DNA of 62,923 nucleotides, filler included, from Candidatus Fermentibacterota bacterium (GTDB lineage: Bacteria; JAFGKV01), in the NCBI GenBank assembly GCA_016928395.1. It is 5 parts of 5 records of this genome, joined end to end, with 100 filler letters (N's around TTAATTAATTAA, not from the genome) between each part and the next. Parts side by side here need not be neighbours in the genome. Positions count along the whole stretch, not along the records: positions 1 to 27,893 come from JAFGKV010000174.1; 4 more parts are not named here. The stretch is one strand, 5' to 3'. Positions 9,471 through 18,565 of this stretch are shown one piece after another. The notes beneath the pieces are model-generated. The model ran no database searches, had not been told where the DNA came from, and saw nothing but the letters and a program-made list of their open reading frames with translations. Position 1 is the first letter of the stretch. Each line of letters begins with the position of its first letter. A program made the position numbers and the translations under genes.

Positions 9471-10625
9471 TCAGCGTTCCCGGAGGACGGCATCCACATG
9501 GCAACGAACCCCGCCCCGCAGAAACTCCACGCGCACCGTGTCGCCCGGGGCATACCCTGCAAGGGTGCGAGCCAGGCCCCCAGCGCCGGTGATAGGGTCG
9601 CATCCGAATTGCAGCAACACATCCCCGGCAGCAATGCCCGACGAATCCGCCGGCGATAACGGCGTCACCCCCGCGACCCGCATTCCAGGTCCTTCATAGG
9701 AAAAATCGGGCATCGTGCCGAAACGAACCCGCCGCGTTATCGGCGAACTCTCGAGCAACACGGGAGGGGGTGGCGTGTCGAACGGACCAGGGAACGCCGC
9801 AACAGCCTGCACAAGGTCGACCGTGGCTCGCGTCAGCACAGCCAATCCCTGGTAGTCCAGCGTCTGGGCATCATCATCCACGGTGTTCATGAGAGGATGA
9901 GGGCCCGTAGAAAACCCCAAAGCAGGTACGCCCCGCTCCAAAAAGGCGACGTGATCGCCCGATGCCAGGGCGGGGACGCGCTGCACCGTGATCCCCTGGC
10001 CCTCCAGAACACCCACCGCCAGCGAGTCTAGAAGGGGTTGCCCCTGGCCGCCGATGACCAACAGGGTCGAGTCGAGGTGGCCCACCGCATCAATGCAGAT
10101 GGCGCCCCGGATCCGGCCGATATCCACGCCGGCCAAGAATCCCCGCGCGCCCATGAGGCCTGTTTCCTCACCACTGGAGAAGAGAACGGCCACTCCCACC
10201 GGAAGCTCTGATCCGTGAAGCAGCCTGATCGCCTCCAGCACCACGGCCACGCCGGATGCATTGTCGTGCGCTCCATTGAAGGGCTGCTGAATGCCCTCGC
10301 CGTCGGGAGGGCTGAGACCAAGATGGTCATAGTGGGCACAGAGCACGATAACCGCCGTGTCGGGACCCATGACTCCCACCACGTTCACCACGGGGCCGGG
10401 AACGAGGCTCACGGTATCAGGCCCGCCCCACGAAGGCCGGATCATTCCCAGTGTATCCATCTTCCCGCGGAGATAGGCCTCGGCACGGCCGATGCCTGCC
10501 GTGCCCAACGCCCTACCTTCCATGGAGTCAGCAGCCAGAACGCTGACATGGGCCATCAGGCGGTCTTCCAGATTGAGAGCAGGATCTGCTCCGCAGACAC
10601 ACAGGAGCACAAGGGCCGTCATCAT
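9471..10625 (-). CDS. Secreted M28 family metallopeptidase with C-terminal PDZ domain
   Basis: CAHYDH, GAHDNASG, SGEETGL, SGDH motifs; PDZ-like FGTMPDFSYEGPGMRV..V...SPA...GI..GD. Confidence 0.9.
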   Translation of the reverse strand: MMTALVLLCVCGADPALNLEDRLMAHVSVLAADSMEGRALGTAGIGRAEAYLRGKMDTLGMIRPSWGGPDTVSLVPGPVVNVVGVMGPDTAVIVLCAHYDHLGLSPPDGEGIQQPFNGAHDNASGVAVVLEAIRLLHGSELPVGVAVLFSSGEETGLMGARGFLAGVDIGRIRGAICIDAVGHLDSTLLVIGGQGQPLLDSLAVGVLEGQGITVQRVPALASGDHVAFLERGVPALGFSTGPHPLMNTVDDDAQTLDYQGLAVLTRATVDLVQAVAAFPGPFDTPPPPVLLESSPITRRVRFGTMPDFSYEGPGMRVAGVTPLSPADSSGIAAGDVLLQFGCDPITGAGGLARTLAGYAPGDTVRVEFLRGGVRCHVDAVLRER

Positions 10626-11446
10626 GGTGAGGTACCGGGGTTCAGGGTTCGGTCAGGCCTCTCGTTTGAATCCGTGTGGGAGGGCGGCACGGCAGGAGTC
10701 GGACCGTCCTCGTCGGGGCAATGAGTCCATCGCTCCACGAGAGCGGGGATCACCTCGCCAGCCTTGCCAAGGTGGAACTCATCGTACACCCAGTCAACTT
10801 CGGGTTCCTGGATGTTTACGCCCACGGTAGAGGCCCCGGCGGCGCGGGCGTCGTGGATGAAGGCTGCGGCTGGGTACACATGGCCACTGGTGCCAATCAC
10901 AAGGAACACCTGGGCTCTACGCAGCACGCGGGCGATTCGATCGAGCTCCAGCGGCACTTCTCCGAACCACACCACATGGGGTCTGAGTAGAGCACCGCAT
11001 GAACAACGGGGCAGCTCCTCCAACTCCTCAGGCCGTGCTTCAATCATCCCGCATCCCGTGCATCGCACCTTGCGAAGCTCACCGTGCATCGGGATCAAAG
11101 AGAGGCTTCCCGCCCGCTGATGAAGATCATCAACGTTCTGCGTGATGAGGGTGAAGCGTTCCGGTTCTTGGTAGTTCTCCAGTACCGCCAAGGCGTGATG
11201 GGCCGGATTCGGTTGCACCGTATCCAGCATACGTCGACGGGCATTGTAGAATCGCCATACCATGGCGGGATCGCGCCGGAATGCCTCGGGCGTCGCGACA
11301 TCCTCGGCGCGACGGCCCTCCCAGATCCCCCCCACCCCCCGGAAGGTGGGAAGCCCGGATTCGGCGCTGATGCCTGCTCCCGTGAGAACCACGACCCGTA
11401 CAGATCGGCCGGCAGGCAAATTCCCGGAGACTCCCTGGTCACCCAT
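10622..11446 (-). CDS. cobB: NAD-dependent protein deacylase (sirtuin)
   Basis: LTGAGISAESGLPTFRG, ITQNVDDLH, HG, LRPHVVWFGE, IGTSG motifs; start uncertain (11446 or 11491). Confidence 0.93.
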   Translation of the reverse strand: MGDQGVSGNLPAGRSVRVVVLTGAGISAESGLPTFRGVGGIWEGRRAEDVATPEAFRRDPAMVWRFYNARRRMLDTVQPNPAHHALAVLENYQEPERFTLITQNVDDLHQRAGSLSLIPMHGELRKVRCTGCGMIEARPEELEELPRCSCGALLRPHVVWFGEVPLELDRIARVLRRAQVFLVIGTSGHVYPAAAFIHDARAAGASTVGVNIQEPEVDWVYDEFHLGKAGEVIPALVERWTHCPDEDGPTPAVPPSHTDSNERPDRTLNPGTSP

Positions 11447-11510
11447 GGGATTTTCCGCGGGCCACGCTTGCGTGACCGATACGTGTCGCACTAGTTGGTG
11501 ACGTACACCC

Positions 11511-11596
11511 GGTGGGGTGTCCGAGCGGTTGAAGGAGGCGGTCTTGAAAACCGTTGGCCTGCGGGCCCGTGGGTTCGAATCCCACCCCCACCGCCA
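11511..11596 (+). tRNA. tRNA-Ser (anticodon TGA)
   Basis: Acceptor stem GGTGGGG/CCCCACC, anticodon arm GCGGT-CTTGAAA-ACCGT, long variable arm, T arm GTGGG-TTCGAAT-CCCAC, discriminator G plus encoded CCA. Confidence 0.97.
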
Positions 11597-11602
11597 CAGT
11601 TC

Positions 11603-12913
11603 TCACCCCAAGCGCTCGCGGAAGTAGGCCAGGAGGCCTTCGGAAGGCACCCGTGCCTGGGCCATTGAGTCGCGTTCCCGTACCGTGACGGTATCGTCGG
11701 CAAGGGTCTGGGAATCTACTGTGATGCAATAGGGCGTTCCCAACTCATCCTGTCGGCGGTACCGGCGACCCACGGCGCCCTTTTCGTCGTAAAACACACG
11801 GAAGTGCTTCCGCAGGTCGGCAGCGATGGCGGCTGCCCGGTCAGGCATGCCGTCGCGCTTGACCAGGGGGAAGATGCCCGCCTTGACCGGGGCAACCTTG
11901 GGGTGAAATCGCAATACCACCCGCTCCGGCTCCTCGGCATAAGCTTCCACCAGCACGGTGAGTACGGTGCGATCCGCCCCGGCCGAGGTCTCGATGATGT
12001 ACGGAACGTAGTGCTGGTTGGCCTCTTGATCGAAGTATGAGAGATCCTTGCCTGAGTGTTCCATGTGGCGGCGAAGATCGAAATCGGTCCGGTTATGGAT
12101 GCCCTCCAGCTCCTTCCATCCGAAGGGGAACTCGTACTCGATGTCAACGGCCTGTTTCGCGTAGTGGGCGAGCTCGGCGGGGCCGTGCTCGTGGAATCGA
12201 AGGTGCGTGGGGCTGATCCCGATTCCCTCATACCAGGCCATCCTCTGGTCTCGCCAGTACTCGAACCATGTCAAAGCGTCGCCGGGCGGCACGAAGAATT
12301 GCATCTCCATCTGTTCGAACTCCCGCGATCGGAAGATGAAGTTGCCGGGCGAAATCTCGTTGCGGAATGCCTTGCCGATCTGGGCGATGCCGAACGGTAT
12401 CTTCTGCCGCGAGGGGCTGAGCACATTCTGGAAGTTGACGTAGATCCCCTGTGCCGTCTCCGGGCGAAGATAGACGACGCTTGAGTCTTCCTCCACCGGA
12501 CCCATGAAGGTCTTGAACATCAGGTTGAAGGCCCTGGGCTCCGTGAGGTTCGGGGCGCATTCGGGCAGCACGGGCTTCTTGGTCTTCGGACAGACGGCGT
12601 CCTCAAGCTGGTCGGCCCGAAACCTTGCTTTGCACACCCGGCAGTCCACCATCGGGTCGGTGAACCCCTCCACATGACCCGAGGCATGCCATACCCGCGG
12701 ATGCATGAGAATGGCGCTGTCCAGCCCCTCGATATCGTCACGGAGCTGGGTCAGCTCCTGCCACCAGAGCTCTTTCACATTGCGCTTCAGCTCAACGCCC
12801 GCTGGCCCATAGTCCCAGCAGGCATTGATGCCGCCGTACACTTCGCTCGACTGGAACACAAATCCCCGGCGCTTACACAGGGATGCAATCTTGTCCATCG
12901 CGTCGGATGCCAT
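11603..12913 (-). CDS. glyQS: Glycine--tRNA ligase, alpha2 homodimeric type
   Basis: KRRGFVF..SE.YGG, LRPETAQGI, FRNEISP..FIFRSREFEQME, ELEGIHNR and anticodon-binding GRRYRRQDE. Confidence 0.97.
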   Translation of the reverse strand: MASDAMDKIASLCKRRGFVFQSSEVYGGINACWDYGPAGVELKRNVKELWWQELTQLRDDIEGLDSAILMHPRVWHASGHVEGFTDPMVDCRVCKARFRADQLEDAVCPKTKKPVLPECAPNLTEPRAFNLMFKTFMGPVEEDSSVVYLRPETAQGIYVNFQNVLSPSRQKIPFGIAQIGKAFRNEISPGNFIFRSREFEQMEMQFFVPPGDALTWFEYWRDQRMAWYEGIGISPTHLRFHEHGPAELAHYAKQAVDIEYEFPFGWKELEGIHNRTDFDLRRHMEHSGKDLSYFDQEANQHYVPYIIETSAGADRTVLTVLVEAYAEEPERVVLRFHPKVAPVKAGIFPLVKRDGMPDRAAAIAADLRKHFRVFYDEKGAVGRRYRRQDELGTPYCITVDSQTLADDTVTVRERDSMAQARVPSEGLLAYFRERLG

Positions 12914-12949
12914 GGGGTTCCTTTCGGATGTGCCGCCGCTGATTCGCGA

Positions 12950-12983
12950 GCGACGGAGGGCCGGCCACGCAGCCCTCCGTCGC
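12950..12983. terminator. GC-rich stem-loop between the S8 peptidase and glyQS
   Basis: 12-bp stem GCGACGGAGGGC / GCCCTCCGTCGC with a 10-nt loop; no clear U-tract. Confidence 0.45.
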
Positions 12984-13003
12984 GTCAGACTCTCACCGTG
13001 GGT

Positions 13004-15340
13004 CTAGGACCCGTCGTCCATCTCGTAGTCGTGCTCACCGACAGTAGCCGACGGATCGGATTCATTCAGTGCCGCGTCATGGGCCGTGACGCGGAAGTAA
13101 TAGTTCACCGCAGGATCGCCGAGACTGCCGGCAACGGAGTATGACGTTCCGGCCGTCGTGCCCAATACTTCCGAACCGCTCACCTCGAAGTAGGCAGCCT
13201 GGCTCCTGTATACGCTGTAGCCCGTCACCCCCACATTGTCGGTCGAGGGCGACCAGGTCAGCATGCCATCGGAACCTAGAGCGGCATTGCCGGGCGCCGT
13301 CGGCGGCTCGGTATCAACGCCGGCCGGGCCGACACCCTCACCCACGGCCACCAGCGAGAACCGCTGCAGGTCATCTTGCAGACTGTCGTAGTAGTGCACC
13401 GTGATGGCATAGGTCCCGGCCTCGGGGGTGCGCAGCCACACCACCTCCGTGGTATTCAGGCGGTCGGCACTGCCCCCGGTGGCGCTCTGTCCGCCTGTGA
13501 ACACATTGCCGAGATAGGTTGCCCCTCCAGGCGCCTGCACCGTCAAGTCTATATCATTCTTGATCTTGGGGCCGCTGCCGGCCAAGGCCCCAGGCTTGTC
13601 CGACCAGCAGAGCACGATTTTCAGCTCACCACCGCAGGCGGCAGTAATCTGCCAGTCCTGAGTGGCGCCCTCTGCGATGCCGCTGGTATCCTGGTAGACC
13701 CACATGGTCCGGGAACGACCGGCGAAGTAGAGGGCATCATCCAGCACGACAAAACCCCATCCCGTACGATCATTGGGTGGTGCGAAGTCAATGGCGTCCC
13801 GAGTCGAGGCGACCATGGTTCCCTTGAGAAGCGAATTGAGAGGAAGGAAACCATCCGACGGATTGGCGCTCCCGCTGGGATAGTAGCCGTTCATGTAGTA
13901 CGAGCGCACCAAGGCTGCGCTGCCGGCCGCGATAGGCGATGACATGCTCGTGCCGGTGCCCATGGCATACCCGGTGTCCGAGTTGTTGGCCGCCGAGCTG
14001 ATGTTTTCCCCCGGAGTGAGGAAGGTCGGCGCGTGCCGGCCGTCCGCCGTGGGTCCCCGTGCTGAAAAATAGGCCAGCAGATTGCCGTTGGTGCTGTTCC
14101 TGCTGGCGCCGACGCAGAGCACTGACTTGGCGCAGGCAGGCGATCCCACATAGAAGTTGGGCGGATTATTGCCCGCTGCAACGGATGCCAGTTCGAATGG
14201 GTAGTACCACATGTAGGAGTCACAACTGGCGTCATTCGTGCCGTACGAGCCTTCGCTGTCATTGCCCCAGCTGCAGTTGTGGATCTTCGCCCCGTGGAGG
14301 CTGGCGCTGTAGAACATGGAGTACGGCGTGCCGCAATAGAGGCCGCCCGCGGTTCCCACATCCGTGACAACCAGCTTCGCCGTCTTGGCCATGCCATCCT
14401 TAATGGTCCAGGTGTCGTCGTCTCCGGCGACGCTGCACGCCACGTGAGTTCCATGTCCGTACGGGGGATAGGGATCATACTCATCGCCGAAGGACCCGTT
14501 GCCCATGGGGGTGCCGTCAAGATAGGCCACGATCTTGCGGTGAGTCGGGTAGACGCCAAAATCGGTGATGGGCACGGCGGGGTCAACAAACGCGCAGTGG
14601 GTGGTCCGCACGCCTGAATCGTTCACCTCAATAATCTGATCCGTGCCGGTCAGCCCGGCGTCCCAGATCGGCCGCGAGTTGGCCGCGAAGCTCTGGGTTA
14701 CCCACTGGGCATTCTGGTTGAAGAGATGAATGGGGAGATTCTCTTCGATCCACTGCACTTCGCGTCGAGCAGCGACCGAAGCCAGGCCGGTCGCGGGAAA
14801 CGTGACCCGGATCAACCACTGATCGGGGCCGAGACGCATGGCGGCCGGGGGAAAACCCTGTGAGTCCAGCCACTGCGCCAAGGGGGAGGCATCCTCGCCG
14901 GGATGCAGCACAATGTTCAGCTCCATGGATCCATCGCGGCCATGGAGGTTCGGAGGCAGCTTGAACCACGGATGCCACAGGTCAAACCACACGACGGAGG
15001 AAGACTCCAGGGCACGAAGCGATGTCAGGGGAAGTCTAATAATGTACGCGTTGTGAGGCAGGTAATCTATGAGCTCCGCGCCCATGTCCCGCAGAGCCTG
15101 ACGCTCGGCACGTGAGGCGGGGGGGAAAAGCAAAACGATGAAGTAGTCATATTCAGCCGCGGCTACGCCGCGCCACGCCTCGGGCACGGACACAGGCACG
15201 CGGGTGGGCTCCAGAGTCCCGCTGTGAAGCAGAATGGTCGATCCCAGCACGGGATCCGAACGCACATCGGAAGCACCGGCCGGGGCAACCGCGAATCCGA
15301 GCAGCGCGACAACAAGCCCAAGCACCACGAATCTCGACAT
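13004..15340 (-). CDS. Secreted S8 subtilisin-like serine peptidase (KP-43-like) with C-terminal FN3-like domain
   Basis: Signal peptide; triad VNDSG, GHGTHVA, GTSMSSP; FSARGPTADGR; NDIDL.V; C-terminal ...SATVGEHDY. Confidence 0.92.
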   Translation of the reverse strand: MSRFVVLGLVVALLGFAVAPAGASDVRSDPVLGSTILLHSGTLEPTRVPVSVPEAWRGVAAAEYDYFIVLLFPPASRAERQALRDMGAELIDYLPHNAYIIRLPLTSLRALESSSVVWFDLWHPWFKLPPNLHGRDGSMELNIVLHPGEDASPLAQWLDSQGFPPAAMRLGPDQWLIRVTFPATGLASVAARREVQWIEENLPIHLFNQNAQWVTQSFAANSRPIWDAGLTGTDQIIEVNDSGVRTTHCAFVDPAVPITDFGVYPTHRKIVAYLDGTPMGNGSFGDEYDPYPPYGHGTHVACSVAGDDDTWTIKDGMAKTAKLVVTDVGTAGGLYCGTPYSMFYSASLHGAKIHNCSWGNDSEGSYGTNDASCDSYMWYYPFELASVAAGNNPPNFYVGSPACAKSVLCVGASRNSTNGNLLAYFSARGPTADGRHAPTFLTPGENISSAANNSDTGYAMGTGTSMSSPIAAGSAALVRSYYMNGYYPSGSANPSDGFLPLNSLLKGTMVASTRDAIDFAPPNDRTGWGFVVLDDALYFAGRSRTMWVYQDTSGIAEGATQDWQITAACGGELKIVLCWSDKPGALAGSGPKIKNDIDLTVQAPGGATYLGNVFTGGQSATGGSADRLNTTEVVWLRTPEAGTYAITVHYYDSLQDDLQRFSLVAVGEGVGPAGVDTEPPTAPGNAALGSDGMLTWSPSTDNVGVTGYSVYRSQAAYFEVSGSEVLGTTAGTSYSVAGSLGDPAVNYYFRVTAHDAALNESDPSATVGEHDYEMDDGS

Positions 15341-15385
15341 CTGAACTCCCTTCTGACACCGCGCTGTGCGGATGTCGCCAATCTC

Positions 15386-16762
15386 TCAGAGAGGGTAAGC
15401 CGGGCGGCCTCTCACAAGGGGAAGCCCGACAGAATCATCGCCGACAAGACGCCCTCTCTCTGCCACAAGACTCCCCCGAAGATACACTCGCTCGGGAGGA
15501 GAAGCCACCATGCGCCCTTCATAGGGGCTCCACCCTGCCTTTGACACCAGCCTTTGTGCATGTATGGGCATGCGACCCTGAGGGTCAAGGATAACGATGT
15601 CTGCATCGCTGCCAACACCCAGGCTGCCCTTTTGGGGGTACACACCCAAAAGCCGTGCAGGATTGGCCGACATGAGCCGTACCAGATCGGTGATACCGAT
15701 CCTTCCCCCGTGCACTCCCAGCCCGGTCATGACCCGAAGGCTCACCTCCACTCCCGGGATTCCTCCGGGGATACGCGAAAAATCCCCTGCCCACGCATCC
15801 TTGGACGACAGGGAAAATCCGCAGCTATCCGTCGCCACCACGTGCAAATCGCCGGCCGCAACGGCCTGCCACAGGGCGTCAGCGTGAAGCGCCGACCGCA
15901 GTGGAGGAGCGGTGGCATACCTGTGCCCCCCATCCACACCCAGCATCTCCTCAGTCAGCACCAAGTAATGAGGGCAGGTCTCTCCGCTGGCCCAAGCACC
16001 CGAGGCTCGGGCATCGGCCACGTGCCGAATTGAGCCCCCGCATGACAGATGCACAAGATGAATGCGCCCACCGGCGTGGCGAGTGAACGCCAAGACACGG
16101 TAGACCGCCTCCTCTTCAGCTTCCACCGGATGGGATCGCGCCACGGCCAGAGCGCCCTCTCCCCGGCGGCGTGTGGCATCCGATAGAACGCGTACCATTG
16201 CGTCGTTCTCCGCGTGCGCCAAGATGACGAACTCACCCCCGGCCGACGCCTCGATGACCCGGAACAGGGTCTCATCGTCCAGGTAGAGACCGCGCGATCT
16301 GTAGGTGGTGAAGACCTTCACTGAACGGATCTGGCCCGCCAGTGAGAGCACCCTGAGTTCCTCTTCCACTGCCCCGTCCAGCCGAGTGATCATGAGATGC
16401 ACTGCCCAGTCGCATGCGGCGGCCCGCCACGTCTCCCCATGCCGCGCCAGGCTCTCTGACAGGGAGCCTCTCACCTCGGCGAAATCGGCCACGGTAGTCA
16501 CGCCGCCCACCAAAGCCGAGCGCGAACCGGAGGCGACATCGTCTGCCGTTGCGACGCCCTGCGCCTTCAAGAAGAGGTGCACGTGGGGATCAACCACACC
16601 GGGAAGCACCCATAACCCCTCGCACGGGACGATCTCGGCCCCGGTGGAAGAGACGGTGCCGCGGGCGGCAACCGTGCCCGCCTCCACGAGCATGTCTTCA
16701 ACGGTCACACCACCCTCATCGATGATCGATCCCCCCCTGAATACCGTTCGCCGCGGCATCAT
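15386..16762 (-). CDS. Dihydropyrimidinase/hydantoinase-like amidohydrolase
   Basis: LPGVVDPHVH, GGVTTV, HAEN, HLS, GETCPHYL, PPLR, ATDS, SANPA, KGSL.VGSDAD. Confidence 0.88.
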   Translation of the reverse strand: MMPRRTVFRGGSIIDEGGVTVEDMLVEAGTVAARGTVSSTGAEIVPCEGLWVLPGVVDPHVHLFLKAQGVATADDVASGSRSALVGGVTTVADFAEVRGSLSESLARHGETWRAAACDWAVHLMITRLDGAVEEELRVLSLAGQIRSVKVFTTYRSRGLYLDDETLFRVIEASAGGEFVILAHAENDAMVRVLSDATRRRGEGALAVARSHPVEAEEEAVYRVLAFTRHAGGRIHLVHLSCGGSIRHVADARASGAWASGETCPHYLVLTEEMLGVDGGHRYATAPPLRSALHADALWQAVAAGDLHVVATDSCGFSLSSKDAWAGDFSRIPGGIPGVEVSLRVMTGLGVHGGRIGITDLVRLMSANPARLLGVYPQKGSLGVGSDADIVILDPQGRMPIHAQRLVSKAGWSPYEGRMVASPPERVYLRGSLVAERGRLVGDDSVGLPLVRGRPAYPL

Positions 16763-18564
16763 CCCCGGGCCAGACGCAGCCAGGCCCTGGTCTGGGCCGT
16801 GCTGAGGGTGCCACTGACCATCAGAGGAATTTCGTCGGGAACCCGGAACAGCCGTCTGAGACTCCGGGAGAGGGTCTCCTTGGCCGCCTGAAGCCCATCT
16901 TCTCCGACGCTTACCAAGACAACCACCGCAGCCGCTCTTCCCTGGGGCACCGTGCCGACGAGCTTGCGGGCCTCCATTATCTTGGGGCTCATGCTGTCAA
17001 GGACGACCAGATAGGTGGGCGGATAGTGCGACTCCACGGCCCGGCTGAGATCATCCCCCGGAGTCCACGAGGTGGTACCGACGATAACCCATCGGGCACC
17101 TGGCCCCTCCACATGCACCAGATACGCCCATCGATCGCCCTCGGGAATCTTGGGAGCATGCTCCCGCTTTCCCACCAAGGCTTCCACGGTGTCCATGACC
17201 AACGCCGACGACGGTCCCAACACCACAACCGGCGCGGCCTGCGGCAGGGCCGAGGCGATCTCCTCGGGGTAGCCGATAACCCTGGCGATGGGCACCGGCC
17301 TTCCGAATTCCTCCCCGATGGTATTGTCGTCAAGCTGACCCGCTCTCTGATCCCCCCGCGGCCCCTGCGAGGACGGGGAGGCTTCGATCAGCCCTTCATC
17401 CCGCTCCTCTTCGTCTGAACGCATTACGAGTCTGGCCAGCTCATCCACGGTCTCCCTGGTGACCACTGTCCCCCCGAAAGCCCGCATGGCCACAAGCTTG
17501 CGGGCCGCCCCCTCCATGCTCCTCACGTCCGTATCAAGCTTGGAAGCAAGGTAGTCTAGCAAATCGTCACTGATCTCCCACCCTTTCTGCCTCGCCTTGA
17601 GGCGAAGAATCCGCGACCTCAGCGTCGCATCAGGTCGGTCGATCTCCACCACCAAGCCGAACGCGAAGCCGCTGGTCATCTCTTCCGAAAGGGTCTCCAG
17701 TTCCTCGGGCTTTCGGTCGCTGGTGATGAGAATCTGTCTGCCATGCTCGTACATGTCATACAGGATCTCAGCCGCCACCATCTGAAGGCTGGGCGAGATG
17801 GCGAGAAACTGGATGTCGTCGATCATGAGAAGATCCAGTTTGGTATAGGAGCGACGCAGCTCATCCACCTGCCGCTTCTCGTGCGCATCCAGGACCTGTT
17901 GGCTGAAAATCTCCGAGGAGACATACTCGATCTTGGCGTCGGGCTGCCGCACGTGGATCTCATTGGCCAGGGCACACATGAGATGAGTCTTCCCCAGACC
18001 CGAGCCTCCGAACAGAAAGAGAGGGTTGAACCGAGTGCCCGGGCTCTCCGCTGCAGACTTCGCAGCCTCCGCAGCAGAACGATTGCCCACCCCGATGACA
18101 AAGTTGTCAAATCGATACTCCGCCAGGTGACGAAGCCCTTCCACCTCGAAGGGTCCCTGGGACGAAGCGTCGATGCGTTCCCGAACCTCAGCCTTGCGAC
18201 GCAGCATCGATCTGACGCGAGCCACTAGCTCCCGGGGGCTGAAGGGCTTGGTCAAGTAGTCATCGGCACCCAGTTCCAGACCGCGAACCTTGTCATCCTC
18301 CTCCCCCTTCGCGCTCAGCATCATCAGCGGCGTATTTCCCACCAGGCGATCGCTGCGGACACGCCGAATAAGCTCAAAGCCGTCCACCCGGGGCATCATG
18401 ATGTCACTAATGACCAGATCCGGATGCTCCCCCCGGATTACCTCCAACCCCTGCTCTCCATCTTGGGCGGTCAGCACGTCGAATCCGCTCCGCTCGATGG
18501 TGGTCTGCAGGAGTTTGAGGATAAGAGGATCGTCGTCGATGACCAGGATGCGGGCTTCGCTCAT
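16759..18564 (-). CDS. Response regulator fused to a DnaA-type AAA+ domain and a C-terminal degenerate GTPase-like domain
   Basis: Intact receiver (IDDD, SDIMMP, KPF); DnaA domain III motifs YRFDNFVIG..N, NPLFLFGGSGLGKTHL, IDDIQFL, TSDR, VRSMEG; no DnaA domain I or IV. Confidence 0.9.
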   Translation of the reverse strand: MSEARILVIDDDPLILKLLQTTIERSGFDVLTAQDGEQGLEVIRGEHPDLVISDIMMPRVDGFELIRRVRSDRLVGNTPLMMLSAKGEEDDKVRGLELGADDYLTKPFSPRELVARVRSMLRRKAEVRERIDASSQGPFEVEGLRHLAEYRFDNFVIGVGNRSAAEAAKSAAESPGTRFNPLFLFGGSGLGKTHLMCALANEIHVRQPDAKIEYVSSEIFSQQVLDAHEKRQVDELRRSYTKLDLLMIDDIQFLAISPSLQMVAAEILYDMYEHGRQILITSDRKPEELETLSEEMTSGFAFGLVVEIDRPDATLRSRILRLKARQKGWEISDDLLDYLASKLDTDVRSMEGAARKLVAMRAFGGTVVTRETVDELARLVMRSDEEERDEGLIEASPSSQGPRGDQRAGQLDDNTIGEEFGRPVPIARVIGYPEEIASALPQAAPVVVLGPSSALVMDTVEALVGKREHAPKIPEGDRWAYLVHVEGPGARWVIVGTTSWTPGDDLSRAVESHYPPTYLVVLDSMSPKIMEARKLVGTVPQGRAAAVVVLVSVGEDGLQAAKETLSRSLRRLFRVPDEIPLMVSGTLSTAQTRAWLRLARG

Positions 18565-18565
18565 G

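Noticed and set aside
11580-11620. tRNA-Ser as an integration site for a genomic island
   Set aside because: No integrase and no duplicated tRNA 3' end; a housekeeping gene follows immediately.
12914-13003. T-box leader upstream of glyQS
   Set aside because: Only about 90 nt with a single hairpin; no T-box consensus or specifier stem.
16759-18564. Calling this gene the chromosomal initiator dnaA or the region oriC
   Set aside because: Domains I and IV are absent, there are no dnaN/recF/gyrB neighbours, and there is no DnaA-box cluster or AT-rich unwinding element.
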